Below are positions 28,301-38,742 of a stretch of 64,000 bases of DNA, one piece after another. Both the position numbers and the translations under genes were made by a program. A model generated the notes under the pieces. That model saw only the letters and a list, made by a program, of their open reading frames with translations. It was not told where the DNA came from and ran no database searches. The stretch's first letter is position 1, and every line of letters begins with the position of its first letter. Source of the DNA: Nitrospinales bacterium (GTDB lineage: Bacteria > Nitrospinota > Nitrospinia > Nitrospinales > VA-1); NCBI GenBank assembly GCA_965262115.1, contig OZ253496.1, forward strand, positions 2,620,265 to 2,684,264, in the 5' to 3' direction.

Positions 28301-30388
28301 ATGAAACAATATAAACTTCAGGATATCAGAAATATTGGATTGGTGGGCCACGGGGGATCGGGAAAAACATCTTTAGCCGAAGCGATTTTGTATTTTACCG
28401 GAGTCTCTGACCGATTGGGTCAAGTGGGCGATGTCTCATCCGTTATGGATTATGATCCAGATGAAATAAGGCGTGGGCATTCCATAGACGCCTCGGTCTC
28501 GTTTTGTGAAGTGGACGGAACCAAATTAAACCTCGTTGACATGCCGGGGAGCAGTAACTTCATCGCTGATACGCCTGCCTGCCTCAGGGTGGTCGATGGT
28601 TTGATTTTTGTGATCAGCGCCGATGAAGGGGTGCAGTTTTATACGGAAAAAATATGGAACTGGGCCGACAAGTTGAACCTGCCCAGAATTATTTTTCTGA
28701 ATAAGATGGACCATGAACGGGCTAATATCGCTCCCATCCTGGAATCCATTAAAAAGAAATTCAAAAAAAACCCGGTTTTTATGCAACTCCCTAATGCCAC
28801 CGGGGAAAATTTTTCAGGGCTTGTGGACCTTATCGATAATCATTATGTCTCCTATGACAAAAATGGTAAAGGGAATGGCAAGACAGGGGAAACACCTGCT
28901 GATATTAAAGATGAAATGGAACTCAGCCATGCTGATTTGATGGAAGCAGTGGCGGAAGTCGATGATGATCTGATTGAAACATATCTTGAGCAGGGAGAGT
29001 TGAACGAGGAGGAATTTTCCAAAGGATTAAAAGAGGGCATCCGAAATGGTCAGTTGATCCCTGTGCTTGGAGGGTCGGCTTTGCGTAATATGGGTGTGGA
29101 TCTTCTGCTCAAGGCGGCCATTAAATATCTTCCTTCGCCTGATTTGCGGGATCCGGTGACGGCAAAACGATTGAAGGATGATTCGGAGGTTACCTGTTCC
29201 GCGAATGGCAGTAACTCGGCTTCGGGTCTGGTGTTCAAAACCATTGCCGACCCCTATGCTGGAAAACTGACTTTATTTAGAATGTTTTCGGGTTCTCTTA
29301 AAGGGGACTCCACTGTTTACAATTCTACTCAGGATGTGAATGAACGTGTGGGGCAGTTGTATATGCTCCAGGGCAAAAAGCAGATTCAGGTTTCTGAAAT
29401 CTCCGAGGGAGATATGGGAACTGTGGCCAAGTTGAAGTCAACGATAACCGGTGACACATTTTCGGATGCAGAGGAGAAGGTGGTTTTCCCGCCCATTGCT
29501 TTTCCATTGCCGGTTTTTTCCCGGGCATTGGAACCTAAAACAAGGGCCGACGAAGAAAAAATTAGTAGTTCTCTGCATAGGCTGTTGGAAGAGGATCCAA
29601 CCCTGAAGATGGAAAGGAATGCTCAAACCGGACAGTTGTTGCTCTCTGGATTGGGCCAGGTTCACTTTGATGTAACGCTGGAGAGATTGAAACGACGTTT
29701 CGGCGTTGAGGTGGTTGTCAAGGCGCCCAAAGTCCCTTATCGTGAAGCGATTAAACGTTCTACAAAGGTGCAGGGAAAATATAAAAAACAAACGGGCGGG
29801 AAGGGCCAGTTTGGAGACACCTGGATAGAAATCTCTCCCTTGAAGAGGGGAGAGGGCTATATTTTTGAGGATAAAATTGTTGGAGGCGCTATCCCCAAGA
29901 CTTATATTCCTGCTGTTGACAAGGGAATTCAGGAGGCAATGGCCAATGGCATCATCGCGCATTACCCGATGGTCGACGTAAAGGTGAGTCTATATGATGG
30001 GTCTTACCATAATGTGGATTCATCGGAAATGGCGTTCAAGATTGCCGGTTCACTTGGATTCAAAAAAGGAGTCATGGATTGTAAACCGATTCTTACCGAA
30101 CCGATCATGAATATGGAAATCGTGGTGCCGGGTGACCATGTTGGGGATATAATGGGCGATATCAATTCCAAGCGCGGTAAGATTCAGGGGATTGATCCTG
30201 GGGATGGCACCCAGACCATCCGTGCGTATGTGCCGATGGCGGAAGTCTTGAATTATGCTGCTGACCTGACTTCCATGACGGGAGGGCAGGGTATGTTTGT
30301 CATGGAATATGATCATTATGAGGACGTCCCGGAACATTTGATGAAAAAAATTATTGATGAAGCCAACCAGGCCTATGAAGAAAAATAG
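28301..30388 (+). CDS. fusA: Elongation factor G paralogue (EF-G2-like)
   Basis: GHGGSGKT, RGHSI (instead of RGITI), DMPG, NKMD, KKQTGGKGQFG, DGSYHNVDSSEMAFK; not in an rpsL-rpsG-tuf context. Confidence 0.9.
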   Translation: MKQYKLQDIRNIGLVGHGGSGKTSLAEAILYFTGVSDRLGQVGDVSSVMDYDPDEIRRGHSIDASVSFCEVDGTKLNLVDMPGSSNFIADTPACLRVVDGLIFVISADEGVQFYTEKIWNWADKLNLPRIIFLNKMDHERANIAPILESIKKKFKKNPVFMQLPNATGENFSGLVDLIDNHYVSYDKNGKGNGKTGETPADIKDEMELSHADLMEAVAEVDDDLIETYLEQGELNEEEFSKGLKEGIRNGQLIPVLGGSALRNMGVDLLLKAAIKYLPSPDLRDPVTAKRLKDDSEVTCSANGSNSASGLVFKTIADPYAGKLTLFRMFSGSLKGDSTVYNSTQDVNERVGQLYMLQGKKQIQVSEISEGDMGTVAKLKSTITGDTFSDAEEKVVFPPIAFPLPVFSRALEPKTRADEEKISSSLHRLLEEDPTLKMERNAQTGQLLLSGLGQVHFDVTLERLKRRFGVEVVVKAPKVPYREAIKRSTKVQGKYKKQTGGKGQFGDTWIEISPLKRGEGYIFEDKIVGGAIPKTYIPAVDKGIQEAMANGIIAHYPMVDVKVSLYDGSYHNVDSSEMAFKIAGSLGFKKGVMDCKPILTEPIMNMEIVVPGDHVGDIMGDINSKRGKIQGIDPGDGTQTIRAYVPMAEVLNYAADLTSMTGGQGMFVMEYDHYEDVPEHLMKKIIDEANQAYEEK

Positions 30389-30440
30389 CAGGAATGACAG
30401 AAGATATTAAAAAAGGCTATCATTTTTTGAGGGAACAGTT

Positions 30441-30770
30441 TTGAATAAAGCCGATTTAAATGGAACTCTGGTGAAGGCGGATATTGTTGACCAGGTTTAT
30501 GAGAAAGTCGGGTTCACACGCCAGGAAGCTGCCCAGGCTGTGGAGATTTTGTTTGACGAAATTAAATCTGAATTGGCTCATGGCAACAACGTCCGTATCT
30601 CAAGGTTTGCCAGTTTTATTTTACGGGAGAAAAAGGCCCGCAATGCCCGCAATCCCAAAACCGGTGAAACGATTCGTATTCGTCCCCGGACGGTATTGAC
30701 CTTTAAACCCAGTAAACAGCTACTGGACTCCACCAACCAATCTTCCTGTGATGACAACTCTGATTCCTGA
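30441..30770 (+). CDS. ihfA: Integration host factor alpha subunit
   Basis: [22 protein letters not shown]; followed by the usual MerR-like gene. Confidence 0.88.
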   Translation: MNKADLNGTLVKADIVDQVYEKVGFTRQEAAQAVEILFDEIKSELAHGNNVRISRFASFILREKKARNARNPKTGETIRIRPRTVLTFKPSKQLLDSTNQSSCDDNSDS

Positions 30771-31113
30771 TAAGTTATTTTTTAAGATTGGTGAAGTTGC
30801 GGACCTGGCTGGCGTGGAGCAACATGTTTTACGCTATTGGGAGGGCGAAATCGATGCGCTGAAACCGAACAAAAACAAATCTGGCCAAAGGTTGTATCAG
30901 AAAAGGGATGTCGAACTGGTCCTGGAAATCAAACGCCTGCTTTATACAGAAAAATTCACCATCGCCGGTGCCAAAAATAAACTGAAAAGGTTTAAAAGAA
31001 AAGGCACCCAAATGGATTTCGCCTATGACCGGGAGTCTTTCCTGGAATGGAAAAGGGAAATGAAAAATGAGTTGGAGTCTATTTTAAAAACTCTTGGCAA
31101 TCCAAAGGGTTGA
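30748..31113 (+). CDS. MerR-family HTH regulator (ihfA-associated type)
   Basis: [35 protein letters not shown]. Confidence 0.9.
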   Translation: MMTTLIPDKLFFKIGEVADLAGVEQHVLRYWEGEIDALKPNKNKSGQRLYQKRDVELVLEIKRLLYTEKFTIAGAKNKLKRFKRKGTQMDFAYDRESFLEWKREMKNELESILKTLGNPKG

Positions 31114-31140
31114 AAAACTCCTATCCCCTTTGCAGGCAAT

Positions 31141-31175
31141 AAAAAACCTCCCGGGGGAAAGCCGGGAGGTTTTTT
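31141..31175. terminator. Bidirectional intrinsic terminator
   Basis: AAAAAACCTCCCGG-loop-CCGGGAGGTTTTTT between convergent genes. Confidence 0.88.
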
Positions 31176-31196
31176 TATTGAAGGACAGTCTGTTTT

Positions 31197-31670
31197 TCAG
31201 GAAAACGCTTTTTTTGCCACCCCTACCAGTGCATCCACAGTTCTGCACCCCAATAGCTCCGCATCTTCCCGGGCGATCTGCTCGCCATTCGCATCCACTG
31301 CAATGACAGAGCGTTGCAGGTAACGGCTTTTGACCCCTTCCAGCGTCAGCTTGTTGGCATTGCCAAACTCCTGACTCACATCTTGGAACACATTGGGCAG
31401 ACCTCTTCCTGCGTTACTCAAAATATCGGTTCCTACCACAATAATAACTTCATCAACGCCTGCGGCTTTAAATTTGTCCTGGTTATCTTTGACAATGTCA
31501 AATTCTTGGTTGCAGAAACCGCCAGCGCCCGGAAGGGTGATAATGAGTCTCTTGCCCTTGAAATCGTCAATTGACAGTTCCTGTTCCAGTGGTGTGGAGG
31601 CGACTTTTTCTACCGACCATTCCGGATTTAACCTGATTAATTTTACATTGTTGCCTGGCAGTTTTGCCAT
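31197..31670 (-). CDS. Peroxiredoxin-like (redoxin) protein, atypical active site
   Basis: FKGKRLIIITLPGA-like segment with PGAGGFC, FKAAGVDEV, RYLQRSV; Prx5-like layout. Confidence 0.6.
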   Translation of the reverse strand: MAKLPGNNVKLIRLNPEWSVEKVASTPLEQELSIDDFKGKRLIITLPGAGGFCNQEFDIVKDNQDKFKAAGVDEVIIVVGTDILSNAGRGLPNVFQDVSQEFGNANKLTLEGVKSRYLQRSVIAVDANGEQIAREDAELLGCRTVDALVGVAKKAFS

Positions 31671-31843
31671 GGAAAAACCTCCTTTTTAGGTTGTTGAGAG
31701 ACACCTTTAAGATGTCCGAGCGTGCGGAAAGATGCAAAAATTGTAGAAATATATTTTCATCCCTTTACCCTAGGTACCATATTGATTTTGTATACTTACT
31801 CTGGCTATGGCGAAATAAAGTTTATTCTGCTAATCTATGAGTA

Positions 31844-33583
31844 ATGATCAATTTGGAGCCTTTAAAGCCAATGAGAAAATGGGTGACGGGCGGAGAGCCT
31901 TCACTGGCGTGGTGTTCTTCCCTAACTTTCATGCCCCGAAGGGATACAAATTGTAATAGCTTTTTACTGCTGTCAACCATGCTCTCGGTTCTACGATCTC
32001 TTGCCCAGTTGTCCCCACGGCTAGTGGTAGGCTGGGTTTTGATTCTTAATCTTCTAGCCGCTGATACCTCGTGGGCGCAAGAGCCCAAACGACCTTTCTA
32101 CGAAGACCCCGGCGATTACCGGCAACAGATTAACCAACTCAAAGATAGTTTTAAAGCCCAATTTGGTTACGAACTGCTGGATTTAGAATTGGGCTGGAAA
32201 CCCGATGAAATCAAAGAGCTCACTTTGGCGTTTTCCAAGCTGCCGGAAACATTTTTGCATATACCGGGGGTAAAGGGTTTTTATCATTTGAGTAAGCTTC
32301 GGGCGGCTCCGGAAGGGATGCCGGTGGATGATGTGCCCGCCGCCACTTTTCCCGGTTTCCGAACAGTCTATCGGAGTTCTAATCTGTCTTACCATGTCGA
32401 GGTAGATGATCAGGAGCCTCGCGTCGAGTTTTTCAATACCTTATTTTATGAGGACAGGGACAAGTTCCAGAATATTGTCCAGCATGAGATGGCACATGTT
32501 TATGATATATTTCAACGTTACCTTTCTTTTTCTGCAGAGTGGCTGAAAATCTCTAAATTCAGTTTGATTCATCTTCCCGCTCTCGATGGTCGGCCGGGAG
32601 ATGATTATTTATTCGCGGCTCTCAGTGACCCGGATGCAGGCCACTACGCTCCGGTCTCTACACGCCAGCTTTTTACGTATTCCAGGCAAAGCCCCCAGGA
32701 AGATTTTGCCAATTCGGCTTCTGCCTATATAAACTATCCGTACTTTCGCTATAGTCATCCTAAGCGTTATCAATTTTTGAAAACCAAGGTGTTTGGAGGG
32801 AAGGAATATTTCCCTGAAACCAGAATGAATTATCAGGATAAAGTGGTTTCCGACTTTGAAACAGCGATGACTGGCAGGGATTGGGATGGCGTGATAAGTA
32901 TTTCCAGAGAAGTGGGCCGGGATTATGCCCCCGAAATTGAATCTGAATTGATCGAAAGATTGAAAAAAAATCTAGCGGATTCTCCCGACTCAGTGCGGGA
33001 TGCCAAATTGGGTGTGGCGACTTGTTATTTATACAGCCCCCAAGCCTTGGAAATCCGTAGGAATTTGATCCGAAAAAAAAGGGTGCCGTTACAAACGCTT
33101 CTGGAAGTTCGACGTTGCGGTCTCATGTCACGACGTTCTTTTGAGGGAGACTTCGCGCTCTGGTCCATGCGGAGTATCCATTTTTTCAAGAACAAAGGTC
33201 GAGCGCAAATCCAGTTTCTCGATCCGGCTTTGCCTCTGGCCGGGGCGCGGGGTTTTGAAACCCGTTATTTATGGAGGATTTTTTATGAAGGAAGCAACGT
33301 ACATATGGCGGAAGGTGCTTACCGGGTGGAAGGGGTGAGACCCGGAGCAATAAAAATCGATCTCGAAAAAAGTGTTGTGGGAACCCTGAACCTGCCAACT
33401 GGGAAACCTCTTGTTTTGGAGTTGGGAGCCCAGCGGGTGCACCCCCGAGAATTTAAAAGGTTTAACAGCAACCCGGCAAAAATCCGGTTTGTTATCCAAC
33501 CGGGCTTTAATTATGAAGCTCACCGCAAACTGGTAATCAAGATTATTTATCCCGATCGGCCTGAATTTGAAAAGTTAAACTGA
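31844..33583 (+). CDS. Exported protein with HEXXH zinc-metallopeptidase-like motif
   Basis: HEMAH and downstream YSRQSPQEDFAN; hydrophobic leader ending SWA. The true start is probably downstream of 31844. Confidence 0.55.
   Translation: MINLEPLKPMRKWVTGGEPSLAWCSSLTFMPRRDTNCNSFLLLSTMLSVLRSLAQLSPRLVVGWVLILNLLAADTSWAQEPKRPFYEDPGDYRQQINQLKDSFKAQFGYELLDLELGWKPDEIKELTLAFSKLPETFLHIPGVKGFYHLSKLRAAPEGMPVDDVPAATFPGFRTVYRSSNLSYHVEVDDQEPRVEFFNTLFYEDRDKFQNIVQHEMAHVYDIFQRYLSFSAEWLKISKFSLIHLPALDGRPGDDYLFAALSDPDAGHYAPVSTRQLFTYSRQSPQEDFANSASAYINYPYFRYSHPKRYQFLKTKVFGGKEYFPETRMNYQDKVVSDFETAMTGRDWDGVISISREVGRDYAPEIESELIERLKKNLADSPDSVRDAKLGVATCYLYSPQALEIRRNLIRKKRVPLQTLLEVRRCGLMSRRSFEGDFALWSMRSIHFFKNKGRAQIQFLDPALPLAGARGFETRYLWRIFYEGSNVHMAEGAYRVEGVRPGAIKIDLEKSVVGTLNLPTGKPLVLELGAQRVHPREFKRFNSNPAKIRFVIQPGFNYEAHRKLVIKIIYPDRPEFEKLN
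31909..31947 (-). repeat. ~40-bp hairpin micro-repeat, copy 2 of 3
   Basis: Reverse complement GTATCCCTTCGGGGCATGAAAGTTAGGGAAGAACACCAC resembles 63597..63637. Confidence 0.72.
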
Positions 33584-33585
33584 AG

Positions 33586-34005
33586 CTACTTGATGGGTCG
33601 GACCATACGGTAGGCCATATTGAGATGAGCGTATTTTGAGGGCCATACTTTCATTCCATCCTCATACTGAACAACCAGAGCTGAGGAGTCCCGTTCCTCC
33701 AGAGTCCAGGTGGTTCCAGCGCTACCGGATTCAAAGACGGAAGGAAGATAGATTTCATCCCCATACTTGTCGGTATTCTTGTAGCTCAGGTCAAACAGCG
33801 ACCAGGCTTCCTCCTCGGTCGGGAAACGCCAGTCTTCGCACCCGGCGAACCTTTCCATATTAGTGATTTCTACATAATCCTGGCCTTTAAACCAGTTGAG
33901 CCATTTTTTAGTGTCCTGAAAGGAGTCGACCTTTTTCCACATTACTTTCATTTGGTTATCGGTAATGGTGCCATTCCCATTATCCACAAATCGATCATTT
34001 TCCAT
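33586..34005 (-). CDS. DUF1566 (Lcl C-terminal-like) domain protein
   Basis: RFVDNGNGTITD..MW, FAGCEDWRFPT, terminal RMVR. Confidence 0.8.
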   Translation of the reverse strand: MENDRFVDNGNGTITDNQMKVMWKKVDSFQDTKKWLNWFKGQDYVEITNMERFAGCEDWRFPTEEEAWSLFDLSYKNTDKYGDEIYLPSVFESGSAGTTWTLEERDSSALVVQYEDGMKVWPSKYAHLNMAYRMVRPIK

Positions 34006-34129
34006 AAGTTTTGTTCTCTAAAATTCGGTCCCGTTTCGGGTCGATTTTCCAGTTAGAAAAAATAAATATAATAAGACCCAAGGTTTTCAGGGCTTCAAAT
34101 CAGAAATTCTCCTGCATATTGCCACCTGG

Positions 34130-34366
34130 TCACCAACCCTGTCCTTTTACCCCATAGGTTCGACTTCCTGAAGAACCCTTTTTCAAATAGCTTTCCAAGT
34201 CGTCTTTCTTTTCCGGCAGCGAGGGTGGACCTGTCAATTGCTTCTTGATAGCTTCAATAATAAACTGTTGCAACCCTTGTTCATCACCCTTGAATCGTTG
34301 TTCAAGATGCTGATAAAGGTCCGGGTCAACATTCAGGGTCACTCTTTTTGACATGAAAAATTCCAA
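34130..34366 (-). CDS. Small hypothetical protein
   Basis: Compact ORF with ribbon-helix-helix-like N-terminus (KRVTLNVDPDLY) and GVKGQGW tail; same strand as neighbours. Confidence 0.55.
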   Translation of the reverse strand: MEFFMSKRVTLNVDPDLYQHLEQRFKGDEQGLQQFIIEAIKKQLTGPPSLPEKKDDLESYLKKGSSGSRTYGVKGQGW

Positions 34367-34423
34367 AAATGTTTCAGAGTAAGAACATTTTAGAACAAAA
34401 GTTCATGGAATGAAAGTAGGGGT

Positions 34424-36748
34424 TTAAGATTGGGCGGAAGTAATTTTATGCGAATTTCGAGAGGAAGAACTTTCCGTCTTAAGGACAAGGGGAGAATAAG
34501 GAAGATCTATGACAAAAACTGTTCCATTGGGAGGGTTATCCTTGGCTTGAATGGAACCGTTGTGGTCAATGATGATCCGGTTGACAATGGCCAACCCCAG
34601 ACCCGTGCCGCGTTTTTTGGTAGTGAAATGGGGAAGAAATAGTTTTTCCCTGTCAGCAGGACTGATCCCTGACCCATCATCTGAAAACTCAATGCGGACG
34701 AGTTTTTCCTTTTGCAGGACCAGTGTGCTGATTTGTATGGCTCCTCCATCATCAATGGCATCTGTGGCGTTTTCAAAAAGGTTGATGAAAACGCGGCGAA
34801 TCTGTTCCGGGTCAATATGGACAGCCCCTAGATTAGGATCAAAACTCTTTTTGATCTTTAAATGCTTATCGTGTTCTGAATAGGATATCAGGATATCATC
34901 AATGATTTTGTGCAGAGAGGTTGGTCTTGGATTGGGAGTAGGCATTCTTGAAAACCGCAGAAACTCATTGAGCAGTTCCTTCATTCCCTCGACTTCCTGA
35001 GTGATGATATTGATGCTCTCATCAAAAACCCGGCCAAAGTCTTCCCGGTTTTCATAGTATTTTTTCTTTAATCTTTGGGTGTTGAGCTGGATTGGAGTAA
35101 GAGGATTCTTGATTTCATGGGCAATTCCTTGGGCAACTTCTTTCCATGCGGCAATTTTCTGAGTTTTTATCAAATGGGTTAGATCTTCAAAGACGATAAC
35201 CATTCCTCGGTATTTTCCGGTGGCTCCTCGAAGAATCTGAATATTGGCTAGAAGGGTGAGGTTGTTCTCTCCTATGCGCAGATCAATTTGTTCCTCCATG
35301 GACTCCCTGTTCTGGCTGAACATACGTAGAATGAGTTTTCTTATTGTCTGATGACAGGAAAATTCTAAAGCATCACGGTAAGAGGAGCCGAAAACACTTT
35401 CACTTTTAAGATCGAGGATTTTTTCGGCCGCTTTATTAAAGGTAGTGATATAGCCCATTTTATCGATCGAAACCACACCCGCCCCGATGTTGTCCAGAAT
35501 AGTTTCTATATAGTTTCTTCTTCGATCCAGTTCGATATTTGTTCTTTTAAGATCTTCATGGGCGTGCTGAATTTTGAGCTGGCTTTCGTTTAGTTGCCGG
35601 GTCATGGTGTTGAAGGAGTCCACAAGAATTGCTATTTCATCGGTTGCCCGGACTCCAATCTTGAAGTTGAGATCTCCTTCTGTGATACGTCGTGTGCCTT
35701 CTGCCAATTGCTGAATGGGTACAGTGATGCCTCGTGCCATATAAAAACCCAGCCAGATGGCGGAAAAAAGGATCAGCAAAGTAATGAGCAGAAAGGTCGT
35801 GTAGTAGTTTGCACTGACCGGAATTTTCAGAAAACTCTGTTGCTGGTAGTCTTCAAAGGTATTTCGGATAGTTTCAATTTTTCTTAACGAGCTTTTTAAA
35901 ACAGGATTGAAGGTGAGGATATATCCCCATATAGAAATTTTTCCTTCAAGGGTCTCTGTAAGGGGAACCACCACGATCATCAGGCTTCCCCTGTTGGTCA
36001 TTTGAATTTCTGTCACACCTTCACCATCAAGACTTTTCTTGATTAATTCGGAAAAATTCAACGGGGTCTGTAAAGAAAGCCTGGAGGAATCCAATTCCTG
36101 GACAATAGGTTTTAAATTATTGTCGTAAATGAGGATGCCGGCCAGATTATATTCGACTACTTTTTCCCGGGCCAAGGCATACAATCTGTCCCGTTTCATC
36201 TTTAAGTACAGTTCCTCATTATTGATAAAGCGCTCAATATTTTTAGTTTTTGAAAGGGCTCTCTTTTCAAGGTCTGAATAATAATTCCTGGCAATATCCA
36301 TGGAATATTCCAGGGTCTGTTCTATCTGCAAGTTAAACCAGTTGCCGATACTGAAGGTGAATAATTTGCTGGCCACCGTGAAGAGAAGTATGGATGGAAC
36401 CAGCGCCAGGATCAAGAAGGCGATGATTAATTTGGTCTGAAACTTGGAACCGATGATTTTGCTTTTACGCTCGTTATAAACTTTAACAAGATTTCGCGTA
36501 ATCAGAAGGATCAATAAAAAAAGCAGGATTAAAATGACATTGAACACTGCGAGAACGGCAATATTATTGCCGACCATTGAAGTAGATTGGGCCTGTAGAA
36601 AATAGTTTTCCAGAAAGGTCATGCCGATGAGAGCGATAAAAACTCCCAGAGCGGTCAGAGTCGTACGCTTTCGCTTATCACGCAATTGTCCCTCGGTAGG
36701 TGAGATATTATCGACTAGGGGTTTGCTGATGAGAGGATCGGACGGCAT
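34424..36748 (-). CDS. ntrY: NtrY-like membrane HAMP-PAS sensor histidine kinase
   Basis: Multiple TMs, GSKFQTKL, HAMP (DEIAILVDSFNTM), PAS, AWKEVAQGIAHEIKNPLTPIQL H-box, N/G1/F/G2 boxes. Confidence 0.9.
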   Translation of the reverse strand: MPSDPLISKPLVDNISPTEGQLRDKRKRTTLTALGVFIALIGMTFLENYFLQAQSTSMVGNNIAVLAVFNVILILLFLLILLITRNLVKVYNERKSKIIGSKFQTKLIIAFLILALVPSILLFTVASKLFTFSIGNWFNLQIEQTLEYSMDIARNYYSDLEKRALSKTKNIERFINNEELYLKMKRDRLYALAREKVVEYNLAGILIYDNNLKPIVQELDSSRLSLQTPLNFSELIKKSLDGEGVTEIQMTNRGSLMIVVVPLTETLEGKISIWGYILTFNPVLKSSLRKIETIRNTFEDYQQQSFLKIPVSANYYTTFLLITLLILFSAIWLGFYMARGITVPIQQLAEGTRRITEGDLNFKIGVRATDEIAILVDSFNTMTRQLNESQLKIQHAHEDLKRTNIELDRRRNYIETILDNIGAGVVSIDKMGYITTFNKAAEKILDLKSESVFGSSYRDALEFSCHQTIRKLILRMFSQNRESMEEQIDLRIGENNLTLLANIQILRGATGKYRGMVIVFEDLTHLIKTQKIAAWKEVAQGIAHEIKNPLTPIQLNTQRLKKKYYENREDFGRVFDESINIITQEVEGMKELLNEFLRFSRMPTPNPRPTSLHKIIDDILISYSEHDKHLKIKKSFDPNLGAVHIDPEQIRRVFINLFENATDAIDDGGAIQISTLVLQKEKLVRIEFSDDGSGISPADREKLFLPHFTTKKRGTGLGLAIVNRIIIDHNGSIQAKDNPPNGTVFVIDLPYSPLVLKTESSSSRNSHKITSAQS

Positions 36749-37055
36749 AGTGGCTTCCGAAATATTGAGTGGTTTAAAAACAATAGTTTAACACACAACC
36801 CTGAAAATGGTCTTCGGAATCTGAGCCCCCGGAACTGAGGACATAGGCTCATTAATATCATGGGGGTTGGGGGCAAGAAGCTGTGATTGCGGGGAAAAGT
36901 TTTACCTCAATATTTTAGTTTAGATAGATTAGCATTTAAAATAATCGAAAACTCTCAAAGTTAGCTGCCTGATATAAAACCCTAAGACAGGTTCTGTTTT
37001 GGAAGATTCCAAGGGGAAAAATATCAAGACTTTATAAAATTTTGCCAGTCGTCAG

Positions 37056-37994
37056 GTGGGCGATTCTAATTTTAATGAGGATAGCCTCCTTTCCCTTACA
37101 AAAAACCTAAAGCTACTGTTTAATTGTGAAGAGGCGACGCGGTTTGCCTTGGATGAAGCCAAGCTTGAGCTGTTCACCAAAAATTTCCACAGGGAGGGTT
37201 TTCCTGAAATCCGGCTGAATATATCCGTTAATAATATGGCAGGGTTTGTGGCGGCCACAGGAAAGTCCCTTAATATCAAGAATGTGAAAAACCCTCAGGA
37301 ACTTTCCCAATACCATGAAAAGCTTACCTACGACTCCAGTTGGCATAAAAAACTGAATAAAAATACCACCTCAATGATCGTGGTACCCCTTCCACTTAAC
37401 AAGAAGCTCGTGGGAGTGATGGAGATTATCAATAAAGATGGGGGCAGGGGTTTGATAAGGAGGATTTTTTTAAGGCCAAAGCCATTTCACCAATTATGGG
37501 AATGGCACTCGCCAAATTGAAAGGAAAGGAGGGCGATTCCTCAAATGGAGGCAGTTCTTCTGGTTCATGGTGGTCATCTGATGGGAGTTCTGCAATTGGT
37601 CAATAAGGAAGATATGGGGTTCTTCTCTGCTCAAGATGAACGAAATGGATTCCTGATTGCTCAGGCGCTGGCTCTTGCCCTTTATAATCACAAAAAAAAT
37701 GAGTCTGCTGTAGTGGAGAGTGGGGATAAATTCGAACGCGCTAATAGTGAAAGCTTGTCGCGGACCTCAGAGGTTTCTGAGACTGTCAAGCAGGACAGTT
37801 CCGCTAATATTTTGATTCAAAGAGAAGACGATGAAACAATGATTCTTGTTCGTATTTTGAAAGATGGAAGCCGTTTTGTTTACCAGAAAATTGACCTACC
37901 CAGAGATGTCATCAAACTTATAAAGGAAGTCGCAAGTATTGATCTGGACCTTCCGCCCAAGCCTCATAGAAGAAAAGACGACCCCAGGTATTAA
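37056..37994 (+). pseudogene. GAF-domain protein remnant, probably derived from a GAF-GspE/PilB ATPase; frameshifted
   Basis: MAGFVAATGKSLNIKNV, MIVVPL..VGVMEIINK and GVLQLVNK (two GAF repeats in different frames). The tail ILIQREDD..VRILKDG resembles a degenerate DIHIEP..RFRIDG; no Walker A. Confidence 0.55.
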
Positions 37995-38049
37995 CGACAG
38001 TAAAAGAAATTTATTTAGCTGTGAGAAATATTTTTGGAGTGAAGACTGT

Positions 38050-38742
38050 CTATTTGTTAAACGATCGGATGACGTCTCTGGAAACGCTACCCCATTTTTT
38101 GCGCGAACCGCTTGCCTGTTTTGACAGTTCCAGATCAGGGTTAATGGAAAGCGGGGAGGTTTGCGCCCATGAAGTTTCAAATTCACTAAATGGAACAAAA
38201 AAGAAAATGTAGTTGAAGGGAAACCAGAATCGATCCGTTTCTAAATCCGCTTTGACCCGAACATAGTATTTTTCGTTTGGATCCAGCTTGTATATCGGGG
38301 CAATAGGAATGTCTTTTAAGGTGAGCATCAGTTTTTGATATCGGGATTCTTTCCGGGTGATTATCTTTCTTCTTACATTTTTCCCGATCTCTGAAAATCG
38401 GTATATTTTCTTGAGCGAATCAAAATGGACTCGATGCTGGACCTTATTGGAACTGACCAGGCTATCCATCCATACCGTATTTTCTTTGCGGAGTTCAATT
38501 TCGAAGGTAAAACTCATCGGCACTCCGTTTGCGATCGCTTCCTGTATCTTTTCCGTAAAACCATCCACCAGCCTGGCGTTCATCACCACATACTTGCCTT
38601 TTGTGCCAACGCCAATATTGACAACATCGGGTGATACTGCTGACACGGGCGAAACCAGCCCCATCGTCAGCAGAAAAAAGGTTGAAACCCATAAAGAAAT
38701 CAGGTCAGGCCGTTTGATTCTGGAAAAAATCGTACGTTTCAA
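38050..38742 (-). CDS. DUF4390-like exported protein
   Basis: Signal peptide, EAIANGVPMSFTFEIEL, YYVRVKA..PFNYIFFF..FETSW; near an ntrY-like gene as is typical. Confidence 0.7.
   Translation of the reverse strand: MKRTIFSRIKRPDLISLWVSTFFLLTMGLVSPVSAVSPDVVNIGVGTKGKYVVMNARLVDGFTEKIQEAIANGVPMSFTFEIELRKENTVWMDSLVSSNKVQHRVHFDSLKKIYRFSEIGKNVRRKIITRKESRYQKLMLTLKDIPIAPIYKLDPNEKYYVRVKADLETDRFWFPFNYIFFFVPFSEFETSWAQTSPLSINPDLELSKQASGSRKKWGSVSRDVIRSFNK

Noticed and set aside
31114..31196. tRNA-Pro, often found after ihfA-merR
   Set aside because: Only a terminator hairpin is present; no cloverleaf or T-loop. No tRNA or rRNA gene was recognised anywhere in the window.
27210..36702. Integrated prophage/ICE bounded by the 65-bp direct repeats
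   Set aside because: No integrase or mobile genes between the repeats; the interval holds ordinary chromosomal genes.
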